Shown here in pieces: positions 20,948 to 30,399 of a DNA stretch of 64,000 nt (the first letter of the stretch is position 1; each line of letters begins with the position of its first letter). The DNA is taken from positions 64,001 through 128,000 of the IMG/VR virus record IMGVR_UViG_3300017589_000061. The stretch is one strand, 5' to 3'. Origin of the DNA: a virus. The position numbers were made by a program, and so were the translations under genes. Below the pieces are notes generated by a model, which saw nothing but the letters and a program-made list of their open reading frames with translations, had not been told where the DNA came from and made no database searches.

Positions 20948-21742
20948 TTGGCAAAGATAGAAAATGATAAATATTATACATCAAAAGAATTAGCTAAATA
21001 CTGTATAGATAAAACATATAAAATTATTGGTTATGACAATATTTCAGAGGTGATTGAACCATCGGCAGGAAGTGGAAATTTTAGTTTACAGATATCTACT
21101 ATTTGTTGGGCGTATGATATTGAACCTGAACACGAAACTATTATAAAAGCTGATTTTCTTGAAAAAGAATTTAATTATTTAGATGGTAGGTTGATAATAG
21201 GTAATCCCCCATATGGTAGATGTTTAAATTTAGCACAGAAATTTTTTAAAAAATCAACTAAATTAGGTGATTATATAGCTTTTATATTACCGATAAGTCA
21301 ACTCAATAATACACAAAGTTTTTATGAGTTTGATTTAATACATAGTGAAGATTTAGGTAAACAAACTTATACTGATAGAGAATTACATTGTTGCTTTAAT
21401 ATTTATCAAAGACCTGAAAGTGGAGAATTGAATAAAAGACCAATAAATAAATTAAAAGACATTTCAATCATAAGACAAGATAGTAAAGGTTATAAAGAAA
21501 AAGATTTTGACATTAGAATGTGTTATTGGGGTGATGGTACAGCAGGAAAAATACTCAACAATGACGAAAATTATTCTGCCGAATATAAGATACAAATACA
21601 TAATGAGCAGTTAAAAGATAGGATAATTGAAGTCTTAACTAATTTTAATTGGAAAGAATACTTGAATTGTATAGCAATGAGAAAAATTCAACAATTTCAT
21701 ATTATTGATGTATTAAAGAAACAAATATCAGAAATAAATTAA
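20948..21742 (+). CDS. SAM-dependent DNA methyltransferase (gamma order)
   Basis: DKYYT, IEPSAGSGNF, YDIEP, IGNPPYG; TTG start after AAGGAG. Confidence 0.85.
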   Translation: MAKIENDKYYTSKELAKYCIDKTYKIIGYDNISEVIEPSAGSGNFSLQISTICWAYDIEPEHETIIKADFLEKEFNYLDGRLIIGNPPYGRCLNLAQKFFKKSTKLGDYIAFILPISQLNNTQSFYEFDLIHSEDLGKQTYTDRELHCCFNIYQRPESGELNKRPINKLKDISIIRQDSKGYKEKDFDIRMCYWGDGTAGKILNNDENYSAEYKIQIHNEQLKDRIIEVLTNFNWKEYLNCIAMRKIQQFHIIDVLKKQISEIN

Positions 21743-21770
21743 ATTAAAAAGGCAATAAAAACTATGTTTT

Positions 21771-22055
21771 ATGAGAGGTGTTAAAATGAGTAAGATATTA
21801 AAATGGTTTAGTAGCTTAAAAGATTGGCAAGTATTAGTTATTGGTTTGACGTTACTTATAGTTGGTATAACGACAAGTCCATTTGAAGCAGGTGTTTTTA
21901 TGACAATTGAGGAATATATAGAATATACAAAACTTTCAAAAATAGAACAGCAAATCGACTATATAATTAGAGTTATTAAAGGAATTACCTTATTGATGAC
22001 AGCGTTAATGGGTGGTGGATTTATAGGCGAATGGGTGCATAGAAAAACCAAATAA
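21771..22055 (+). CDS. Membrane protein
   Basis: Two TM helices; bounded by sites 21755 and 22052. Confidence 0.65.
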   Translation: MRGVKMSKILKWFSSLKDWQVLVIGLTLLIVGITTSPFEAGVFMTIEEYIEYTKLSKIEQQIDYIIRVIKGITLLMTALMGGGFIGEWVHRKTK

Positions 22056-22319
22056 ATGTTGCATTTTAAGTCCCAAAAGGAGAATAGTATGTTTAAATAT
22101 TTAAACAAAAAACTTAAATCAATTAAAAAAACAATTATATTTTATATCACTTATTATGATAATCAGCCAAGTCTTTTAGAAAAAGCAAATTTTAAGATAA
22201 ATCAAGAAAAGCCTGATTTTGCTAATCACGAAGGAGACGATTACGAGAGATAAAGTTTATAAATGGTATGAAATTCTTTATATTTAAAGAGTTTTGAGTA
22301 AATTTAAAGGGGTGATAAA

Positions 22320-22655
22320 ATGAATTTAGTTAAAATGGCAAAAGAATTGTTGGATATACATGAAGAAATCAAATATTATACAGGATTTGGTGAATTTAAA
22401 GAAGATGAGTATGATATTTACATATTTGAACAAATGTGGGGAAATACTTCAGGTGGATTTCAAGGTGTAGGCGGATCAGCTATGACAAATCAAAATACAT
22501 ATGTGTTAATACCTAAGTGTGAAGGAAAGTGTTTTGTTTTCTTTGGCGGAATATTTGCTTATAAAGTTCCATATAGTCAGAAATTTATAAAAGATGTAAT
22601 TGACCATAACGTAAAAGGTATACATGGTATGGGAGAGTATTTAAAAAATAACTAA
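22320..22655 (+). CDS. Hypothetical protein
   Basis: FEQMWGNTSGGFQGVGGSAMT motif; RBS. Confidence 0.7.
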   Translation: MNLVKMAKELLDIHEEIKYYTGFGEFKEDEYDIYIFEQMWGNTSGGFQGVGGSAMTNQNTYVLIPKCEGKCFVFFGGIFAYKVPYSQKFIKDVIDHNVKGIHGMGEYLKNN

Positions 22656-22669
22656 GAAAGGAAAATATT

Positions 22670-23137
22670 ATGGTAGACATTAAGTTTTGTAAAAAAAGTG
22701 GTTGTGACTATTACTTTAACAAAATGGATGACTGCATGTACGGAGACAAAAATTTACCAAAGGATTATTTAAGAATATGTAAAACATCAAGGTACCAAGT
22801 TTATTTAATTGGGAAAGAAAATAAAAAGGAAGGTGAGAAAATGAATCAAACAGTTACAATTACAGGTGAACCAGAACCCTTTGGAAAGTTAATCGTTGAT
22901 AAAGAAGTTTTAATTTATGCTTTATTATGGGCAACAAATATGTCAAATAAATCACCATATAAAATTATAGAAAACATTAGATTAAATTTCGACAAATTAT
23001 CTACTTATGACTTAGAATTTATATCAAAAGAAATTATAGGTAGTGGAAGTTGGAATTTAGAATATGATGGTCAACAGTGGAAAGGATTCTTAGAAGATTT
23101 AAAAAAGGAAATAGAAGGGAGAGAAGATGACTGTTAG
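22670..23137 (+). CDS. Hypothetical protein (C-terminal half resembles 17050-17316)
   Basis: Internal RBS+ATG at 22841; VDKEVLIYALLWA. Confidence 0.6.
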   Translation: MVDIKFCKKSGCDYYFNKMDDCMYGDKNLPKDYLRICKTSRYQVYLIGKENKKEGEKMNQTVTITGEPEPFGKLIVDKEVLIYALLWATNMSNKSPYKIIENIRLNFDKLSTYDLEFISKEIIGSGSWNLEYDGQQWKGFLEDLKKEIEGREDDC

Positions 23138-23360
23138 AGAATTAATTGAAAAACTTCAGGAATTAGATCAAGACACCGATATATTTATTGAAGGATATGA
23201 GTTTGGTAAAATATCAACATATGATGACATAGATGAAGAAAACTTTTACGTAATAGAAGGTAAAACGTGGAAGTATTAAAAGAGGAATTTTATTAGGTAA
23301 AACGTAAAATTAAGTGTTGGAATTTCAACGTTTAACAAATATAAAAGAAAGGAACATTAA

Positions 23361-23606
23361 ATGAATATTGAAGATTTAAAATTTAAAGAAAGACCTATTG
23401 ATAAATTACATAAAGAATTATTTGAATCATTGCCAGAGTGTAAATATTATAATTTAGGTATAAGTGTGGCGTTATCTTCTTTATATACGATAATTAAAGA
23501 AAGTAAATTAAATTTTAGTAGAGAAGAGTTATTGGAAATTATTAAAATTACAGCAGATCAAAACAAGGATATTCATTATTATTTTTATAACTTAATGGAT
23601 AAATAA
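23361..23606 (+). CDS. Hypothetical protein
   Basis: RBS. Confidence 0.65.
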   Translation: MNIEDLKFKERPIDKLHKELFESLPECKYYNLGISVALSSLYTIIKESKLNFSREELLEIIKITADQNKDIHYYFYNLMDK

Positions 23607-23633
23607 ATTATTTAAAATTAAATTAAAAAACAC

Positions 23634-23662
23634 TTGACAATGAATTTTGGCTATGTTATACT
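23634..23662 (+). promoter_or_regulatory. sigmaA-type promoter with extended -10
   Basis: TTGACA-17-TATACT with TG. Confidence 0.75.
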
Positions 23663-23684
23663 ATTAAGGTAAGGAGGTGGCAAA

Positions 23685-23876
23685 GTGCCAATATTAAGAA
23701 ATTGGAAGGTATTAGAATATTATTCAAGCGTACATTTAGAGAAGGTTCAATATTTGACAGGGCAAGTTTTTAATGACACAAGATTCGCTGATGGAACAGA
23801 AATAAGAACTTCAATATTAAAAGAATTTGGTGGTGGATTTGCAAAGACACAAAATACTACATACATATTAGAATAA
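23685..23876 (+). CDS. Hypothetical protein
   Basis: AAGGAGGTG RBS. Confidence 0.7.
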   Translation: MPILRNWKVLEYYSSVHLEKVQYLTGQVFNDTRFADGTEIRTSILKEFGGGFAKTQNTTYILE

Positions 23877-23900
23877 GATTATATTAAAAAGGAGAATAAG

Positions 23901-24377
23901 ATGTTTAATTTAGAGGAATTACAATGTATTAAAGAAAAATTTTCAAATGAAAATCTAGTCGATGACACAAATAATTATAACAAAACTATTGCAAAAAAAT
24001 GCCAAGTATTGATAAACAAGGCTCAAAATTGCAAAGAAAAGCTTTATTCATTTTATTGGGACTGTGGTAGACAAGGAGAAGTAGAAGGATTATTTAAGGC
24101 AACAGAAGAAGAAATAAATAGAGCCATAGGGCAACAAGTATATTTTGGAGAGATACTAGGCAAACATAGTGAAGTATATGGGACATTAGATGAAGGTGAT
24201 ATTACTTTGGTGTCAGATGATTCCTTGATAGTTTCAAATTCTGCCGAAAGTGGATATAACCCTTTAAACTATGTTAGATTTATATGTTCGGTTTGTGGAG
24301 AAAGACTTAGTATAGAAGAATTTGATGACTTAGAAAATATGATTTGTGATTATTGTGCTAAAGAACAGGATCAATAA
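23901..24377 (+). CDS. Hypothetical protein with C-terminal Zn ribbon
   Basis: YFGEILGKHSEV; CSVCG...CDYC. Confidence 0.7.
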   Translation: MFNLEELQCIKEKFSNENLVDDTNNYNKTIAKKCQVLINKAQNCKEKLYSFYWDCGRQGEVEGLFKATEEEINRAIGQQVYFGEILGKHSEVYGTLDEGDITLVSDDSLIVSNSAESGYNPLNYVRFICSVCGERLSIEEFDDLENMICDYCAKEQDQ

Positions 24378-24419
24378 AAAAGATATAAAATAAAACTTTT
24401 ATATGAAAGGAGTAAAATT

Positions 24420-24803
24420 TTGGATAACGCAAAAAAGTTACAACAATCCATAAAAAGAAAGACTGTGCTTCGAGAAACATTACATAATACTACAGGATAT
24501 AAAGTTAAAGAATGTGAAGTAGAGTATATTGGTAAAGGATGGTATAGTTTTAATTTGGACGGAAACGAGTTTGAATGTAAGTGGAGTAGTTCACCAATTC
24601 TAAAAGATAGAAATAAGGCAATGTTTTGGTTTAGAAATAATTCTATATTGGAACAAGCAGGATATTGTTATGAGTATGGAATAGATGTAGGTAGAGTAAA
24701 ATATGCAAGTTCATTATATTTTGGATTTGGACACAGTATTATAAACTGTTTATGGGTATTGGGAGAAGTTTTAGAAAAGAAACCAAGTTATGATTATCGG
24801 TAG
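24420..24803 (+). CDS. Hypothetical protein
   Basis: RBS; bounded by sites 24385 and 24804. Confidence 0.7.
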   Translation: MDNAKKLQQSIKRKTVLRETLHNTTGYKVKECEVEYIGKGWYSFNLDGNEFECKWSSSPILKDRNKAMFWFRNNSILEQAGYCYEYGIDVGRVKYASSLYFGFGHSIINCLWVLGEVLEKKPSYDYR

Positions 24804-24837
24804 TTAAAATTTTAGTTTTATAAGAAGGGAGTAAATT

Positions 24838-25317
24838 ATGGGAATGTATACAGGAATAAGATTTAAAGGATATGTAAAACCAGAATTTAGAGAAGATTTT
24901 GGAAATATTGCATTAAATGGTGAGTGGAAAAGTAGTAATGACAACACTATACGATCTTTTAGTAGTTTTTATAGGGCTTCATTTATACCATGTGGAAGTT
25001 TGTCTTATATGCCCGATGAATGGGAATCACACGACGATAAATATAAGGAATATTCGGGTGAATGGTTTGATTCTGCAAAAGATACAGATGGATTTAATAG
25101 AACATGGAATAAAGAAACAGGATATTGGACATTTCAATGCAGTTTAAAAAATTATGAATCTGAAATTGAAGCATGGTTTGATATATTACCACACTTCATA
25201 GAAAAAATTGAACATTTAGAATATTTTTATGAAGAATGGGATTATAGTTGTAGATATGACCTGATTGATAGTGAAATAAAGTGCATTGATACAGAATTTA
25301 TTAAATATGATAGGTAA
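24838..25317 (+). CDS. Hypothetical protein
   Basis: MGMYT...SLKNY; bounded by sites 24804 and 25326. Confidence 0.75.
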   Translation: MGMYTGIRFKGYVKPEFREDFGNIALNGEWKSSNDNTIRSFSSFYRASFIPCGSLSYMPDEWESHDDKYKEYSGEWFDSAKDTDGFNRTWNKETGYWTFQCSLKNYESEIEAWFDILPHFIEKIEHLEYFYEEWDYSCRYDLIDSEIKCIDTEFIKYDR

Positions 25318-25359
25318 ATAGGGTAATAAAACTAAGTTTTTATAAGAAAGGAGAATGAG

Positions 25360-25725
25360 ATGAATAAAGATTTGTTTTTAAAAATTGTAGCAAGTATGGG
25401 TGAAGATGATTTAGAAGATTTTTCTTATAAACATGATGGTAAAATTTATGGATTTTATGGAGTAGATGAAGATAATTGGGAAGATGAAGGTAAATATCAA
25501 TACAAAACTGAATCGGGTGTATTGATTGAAATGGATGAAAAGTATCATGAGATTCAACGTTTTGATTATGGCGTTTCTCGTAGCGTTCAAAGAAGTGGAT
25601 CATATTTTTCAGACTATTATTATGACTATGAACCATACGATGCTTATGAAATTGTGGAAGAATTAATTCCAGAAGTTATTATTCCAGCACATACAGAAAA
25701 TAAATGGAAAATATTAAACAACTAA
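25360..25725 (+). CDS. Acidic hypothetical protein
   Basis: RSGSYFSDYYY; bounded by sites 25326 and 25722. Confidence 0.7.
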   Translation: MNKDLFLKIVASMGEDDLEDFSYKHDGKIYGFYGVDEDNWEDEGKYQYKTESGVLIEMDEKYHEIQRFDYGVSRSVQRSGSYFSDYYYDYEPYDAYEIVEELIPEVIIPAHTENKWKILNN

Positions 25726-25788
25726 AACACACATTTTATTAAGTGTTTTATATAGATTAAAAATTAAATTAAAAAGAGAGGTAAAAGA

Positions 25789-26712
25789 ATGAGTAAAGAA
25801 TTACAAAAAAAAACCCGAGGAAACATTGCAATTACAGGTAGAATTGTCGGATTAAACAACAAAGAAATTAGATCAACGAATTGGATAAAAGAATTGAAAT
25901 TTGGCGTAATGACAACCAAAGACAATATGGTTTATGTTCAAGTAATGGGTTTTAATAAAGCAGATGACGATGATATATTAGTTGAATTTCAAGATGAGGA
26001 TAAGAAAAGAACAATTAAAAAAGTTCCATATGGTGATAGATTTTTTCTTGAAGAAGGAGAAACGGTAATAGGGACTAAGATTAAAAAATCTCCAGATGGT
26101 CAGGTTGAAGCATTCGTAGATGTAGATAGTGTTCAGGTAATAAAAGATAACTTTAAAGATGGTGACGTTGTTACAATAGTTGCAAATGCTGAAGCAGATA
26201 CATATTATCAGGGATTAAAATTTAATATCAACAGAATTTATGCAAGCTCAAAAGAGATGGATTTTGAAAAGGGCAATTTTGAAGAAGAAAATCATGGTCG
26301 ATTATGGGTAGCTTTTGCTGGGATAGAAAATGAAAAAGTAAATGGATTTATATTTGACAGAAAAGACGAAGGTGTTAAATTAGAATTTGATTTAGATACT
26401 AAATATATATCTGTTGAAGATTTTGCAGAATTTGAGCAAGGTGCGATAATTCAGTTGGAATATGAATACGTGAAGAATCCTATCTATGAAGATGTAGAAG
26501 TTGAAGAAAAAAAGGATGAGCCAAAATTTAAACCAAAGGGCAAATATGCCAGTGAGGTTAACAATAGCGGTGGTGGGCGTAGGTTTCCACAAATTACGGG
26601 CTATACTGAGAAGTTAGTATGTACTGGTATTAGTAACTTAAATACTGAAGAAGTGATAGATTTAACGCCTTATTTATCAATAGCTGATTCAGAAGAGGAT
26701 ATACCTTTTTAA
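25789..26712 (+). CDS. Putative single-stranded DNA-binding protein
   Basis: Acidic C-terminal tail EEDIPF; first gene of replication module. Confidence 0.65.
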   Translation: MSKELQKKTRGNIAITGRIVGLNNKEIRSTNWIKELKFGVMTTKDNMVYVQVMGFNKADDDDILVEFQDEDKKRTIKKVPYGDRFFLEEGETVIGTKIKKSPDGQVEAFVDVDSVQVIKDNFKDGDVVTIVANAEADTYYQGLKFNINRIYASSKEMDFEKGNFEEENHGRLWVAFAGIENEKVNGFIFDRKDEGVKLEFDLDTKYISVEDFAEFEQGAIIQLEYEYVKNPIYEDVEVEEKKDEPKFKPKGKYASEVNNSGGGRRFPQITGYTEKLVCTGISNLNTEEVIDLTPYLSIADSEEDIPF

Positions 26713-26762
26713 GATTGATAAATTAAGTTAAAAGTGAGATATTATAATAAAAGGAGAATTAT

Positions 26763-27428
26763 ATGGGTGAAGAAAAAGTTTTAAAAAAGGATATTGAAAA
26801 GGAAGTTAAATTAGAGGATATTTCAAAATTAAACTTATTTTCAAAACTACAAAATGTACGTGCAGAATTATCAAGAACAGAGTTGACAAAAAGTGCTAGA
26901 AATGACTTTAACAAATATAATTATTTTGAACTTTCGGACTTTCTACCTACTATCAACGAATTATGTGCAAAGTATCATGTTTTTACATACTGTGATATAA
27001 ATTCAGACATTGCCAGAATTACAGCAGTTGATTGTGATAATCCAGAAATGGTATTTACTTTAACTATGGATTCTGCTGAAGTAGAACTCAAAGGGATGAA
27101 CAAAATTCAAGGAATCGGAAGCCAAAATACCTATATGCGTCGATATTTGTACATGGCTTTGTTTGAAATTTCTGAAACAGATGAAGTTGACGCAGATACA
27201 GGTAAATCAGAAAAATCACAAAAAGCTAAAAGTTCTAAAAAGGATAAAGCACCTGAAGATGACAAGAAAACAAAAATGAAACAATTGTGTACTTCATTAT
27301 CAGCTGATGGGCGTAACAAAGATGTTGTAGATATTTTAACTAATCGTGCTAAAGTTAAAAACCCGAATTCCATTACAGATGAAAAAATAATCGATGAAAT
27401 AATTAAAGATTTGGAAGCCCTTAAATAA
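26763..27428 (+). CDS. ERF-family ssDNA annealing protein
   Basis: KSARNDFNKYNYFELSDFLP; QGIGSQNTYMRRYLY..LFEI. Confidence 0.85.
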   Translation: MGEEKVLKKDIEKEVKLEDISKLNLFSKLQNVRAELSRTELTKSARNDFNKYNYFELSDFLPTINELCAKYHVFTYCDINSDIARITAVDCDNPEMVFTLTMDSAEVELKGMNKIQGIGSQNTYMRRYLYMALFEISETDEVDADTGKSEKSQKAKSSKKDKAPEDDKKTKMKQLCTSLSADGRNKDVVDILTNRAKVKNPNSITDEKIIDEIIKDLEALK

Positions 27429-27457
27429 GGGTTTCCTTCACAACGGGAGGTGATTAA

Positions 27458-27961
27458 ATGGCTGAAAAATCTTATAAATGTCCATATAAAAATTGTGACA
27501 ATTTAGGAATTGCAGTCAATCCAATTAAATACAAAAATAGATATTATTGCGAGGATTGTTTAAATAGATTAATGGATGATTTAAAACAGAAAAAAGAAGA
27601 AGATAAAGTAAAAAGACGTAATGTGGAATTACGTAAAAGGATAATGGAAACTGCACTTGAAATTTTACCGAAAGAGATACCAAGTTTAATTAATAAGGCT
27701 ATTAGCCAATGGGTCGATTTGGGTTATTCAATGGAATATATATTATACACATCAGAATACATAAGATTAAACAAGTGTATACTAAATCATTTTTATGGGG
27801 TTCGATTTTACATGAATAAAGATGAAGTTAAAAACACTTATAAAAACTTAAAATTAAAGCACAAGTTAAAACAAATGGAAAATCAAGAGTTTGAAATAAG
27901 CGATGAAATAGTTGAGTTTAGACCAGTACAAGGAAATAGCAATTGGAGTGATTTAATTTGA
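27458..27961 (+). CDS. Zn-finger replication protein (possible helicase loader)
   Basis: CPYKNC...YYCEDC; overlaps dnaB start. Confidence 0.5.
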   Translation: MAEKSYKCPYKNCDNLGIAVNPIKYKNRYYCEDCLNRLMDDLKQKKEEDKVKRRNVELRKRIMETALEILPKEIPSLINKAISQWVDLGYSMEYILYTSEYIRLNKCILNHFYGVRFYMNKDEVKNTYKNLKLKHKLKQMENQEFEISDEIVEFRPVQGNSNWSDLI

Positions 27962-29349
27962 CGGGATATAAAGCTGAAGAAGTTAAAGTATTTGAACGAG
28001 ATAATAAAGTTGAATTACCGAGAGATGATAATAGTGAAAGGGGTGTTTCAGCCACCCTAATTAGCCACCCAACATACATATTTAAAAGTGATTTTCTTAA
28101 ACCAAAGAATTTTATAAATAAAGAATTGGGGGCGATTTATTATATTGTAGGGGAGTTAACTAAAAAAGGAATAAAAGACATAGATACATTTACAATATTG
28201 ACAGAAATTGAAAATAATCCACCAGTAGAAAAGATATTTAAGACTGCAAATATTAAAAATTTAGCAGAATTTTTAGATGATATACAATTATTATCAAGAA
28301 ATACCGTAGAAGAATATGAATTATTAGCTAAAAACATACTTTCTGCATCTTTTAAAAGAGATAGTTATATTAAATTACACATGATGTCTAAAGAGATTCT
28401 TGACAGCACAGAAGATATTAACACAGTTAATTATAAAATGCAGAATGATATTTCTAAATTTGCGAGTATATACATATGTAACAAAGAAATTAAAACATTG
28501 GGTGAAAGGGCAGATGAAATTTGGGCAGGTATACAAAAGAAAAGAGCAACTGGTTTTTTTGGTTATCCAAGCAAATTTTCAGAACTCAACAAATTTACAA
28601 CATATGAACCAACTGAATTAGTGTTGATTTGTGCGTCCTCAAAAGTGGGTAAATCTCAGGTATTAATGAACGAAGCATTGCATAAGTCAGCAAATGGAAT
28701 CCCTACTCTTTACATTGATACAGAATTATCTACTGAAAATCAATTTTTAAGAATATTAGCTAATCTTACTGGAATTGAAAACAGAAGAATTAAAGAGGGT
28801 AAAACAACATCAGCAGAAGAATTGCTAATACAAGAGAAAATTAAATTCATTAAAAAATTACCATATACACATATTTACACGCCGAACATAAATATGGATG
28901 AAGTTTTTATGACTGCTAAGCAATTAAAAATTAATTCAGGGTTACAATTCATATGTTTTGATTATATAAAATATACTAATTCATTAACGAATGAAAAAGA
29001 ACATCAAGCTTTAGGATCAATAACTGATAAACTAAAAAATGCAATTTGTGGTGAACTTGATTTAGCTGGTTTAGGTTCAGCCCAACTTGACCGACTTGGA
29101 ACTAAAATAAGCGATTCGGCAAAAGTTGAAAGATACGCCTCTACAATTTGCTATCTACATAGAAAAACACAAGAGGAAATAGCTAGAGATGGCAAAGAAT
29201 GTGGGAATATGAAACTAAGCGTTAGTTTTAACAGAAATGGTGGAATGACAGAAGAAAATGAATATATTAATTTATCTATGATTGGCGATTTATGTAGAGT
29301 GTTGCAAGCAAAAGTACCATTTACAGCAGTAGAACAACCATTCGATTAA
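27958..29349 (+). CDS. dnaB: DnaB-like replicative helicase
   Basis: Walker A ASSKVGKS, YIDTEL, FDYIK, AQLDR, NRNG. Confidence 0.85.
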   Translation: MTGYKAEEVKVFERDNKVELPRDDNSERGVSATLISHPTYIFKSDFLKPKNFINKELGAIYYIVGELTKKGIKDIDTFTILTEIENNPPVEKIFKTANIKNLAEFLDDIQLLSRNTVEEYELLAKNILSASFKRDSYIKLHMMSKEILDSTEDINTVNYKMQNDISKFASIYICNKEIKTLGERADEIWAGIQKKRATGFFGYPSKFSELNKFTTYEPTELVLICASSKVGKSQVLMNEALHKSANGIPTLYIDTELSTENQFLRILANLTGIENRRIKEGKTTSAEELLIQEKIKFIKKLPYTHIYTPNINMDEVFMTAKQLKINSGLQFICFDYIKYTNSLTNEKEHQALGSITDKLKNAICGELDLAGLGSAQLDRLGTKISDSAKVERYASTICYLHRKTQEEIARDGKECGNMKLSVSFNRNGGMTEENEYINLSMIGDLCRVLQAKVPFTAVEQPFD

Positions 29350-29360
29350 AGGAGAATAAT

Positions 29361-30395
29361 ATGATTAGTGGAATTGAATTAAAAAGAATGTTATACGATG
29401 AACCTAATCTAATTAAGAAACTTTTAGAAAGTTTTGGTTGTAGACACATACATAAATCAAACAAGAGGATATCTTCCACAAGACCAGATGCAGATGCTAG
29501 AAATAGAAATTCTGTAAATGTAATTCTAAATGAAACATTGAATGCTAAAATATATACAAGACAATCGGAATTTGAGCAATATGAGATTCAAGATATAATC
29601 TCTTTAACACAATTTTTTCTCAAATGTTCATTTGAAGATGCTATAAATTACATATGTTCCACTTGTGGAATTGAAAATAGTGGAACATATGTAAAACAAG
29701 AAGAAAATGAAACGGTTTCTTTTCTAAAGAAATATAAGCGAATAATCAAAAATGAAACCGTGACAGAAGATGTAATTTTAGACGATAAAATACTAGATTT
29801 ATTCGTTCATGCTCCATGTAAGATATTTACCGATGATGGGGTTGATATTCTTACGCAAGAATTTTGGGGTGTGGCGTATGATATTTTAACAAATAGAGCT
29901 GTGTTCCCAATAAGAAATTACACTGGTGGGATAGTGACTTTTAAAGGTAGAACACTTGAAATAAATTTTAAATTATTAGGAATTCCTAAATACTATGTTT
30001 ATTTTGAAGTGGAAACGAGTCATATTTTGTTCGGTGAATGGGAAAACAAAGATTATATTAAAAATGCAGATTATATTATAGTAGTTGAATCGGAAAAAAG
30101 CGTAATGAAATTGTGGCAAATGGGATATAGGAATTGTGTAGCTATAGGAAGAAAATCAATTAGTAGGCAACATAGAAATAAACTTTTAGCATACGGTAAG
30201 CCACTTGTAATAGCATTTGACAATGATGTTAAAGAAAAAGAATTGCAGATTATATCAAGAATGTTTAAAGGGTTAATTCCTGTAAGCTACACTTTAGATA
30301 GATTTAATTTACTAAAAGAAAAAGATAGTCCATGTGATAATGGTTTACGTATATTTGAAGAATTATTAGAAACAAGAATAGAATTTAAGGAGTGA
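29361..30395 (+). CDS. TOPRIM DNA primase
   Basis: RAVFPIRN..G.IV.FKGR, PKY, VESEKSV, AFDND. Confidence 0.85.
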   Translation: MISGIELKRMLYDEPNLIKKLLESFGCRHIHKSNKRISSTRPDADARNRNSVNVILNETLNAKIYTRQSEFEQYEIQDIISLTQFFLKCSFEDAINYICSTCGIENSGTYVKQEENETVSFLKKYKRIIKNETVTEDVILDDKILDLFVHAPCKIFTDDGVDILTQEFWGVAYDILTNRAVFPIRNYTGGIVTFKGRTLEINFKLLGIPKYYVYFEVETSHILFGEWENKDYIKNADYIIVVESEKSVMKLWQMGYRNCVAIGRKSISRQHRNKLLAYGKPLVIAFDNDVKEKELQIISRMFKGLIPVSYTLDRFNLLKEKDSPCDNGLRIFEELLETRIEFKE

Positions 30396-30399
30396 TTAA

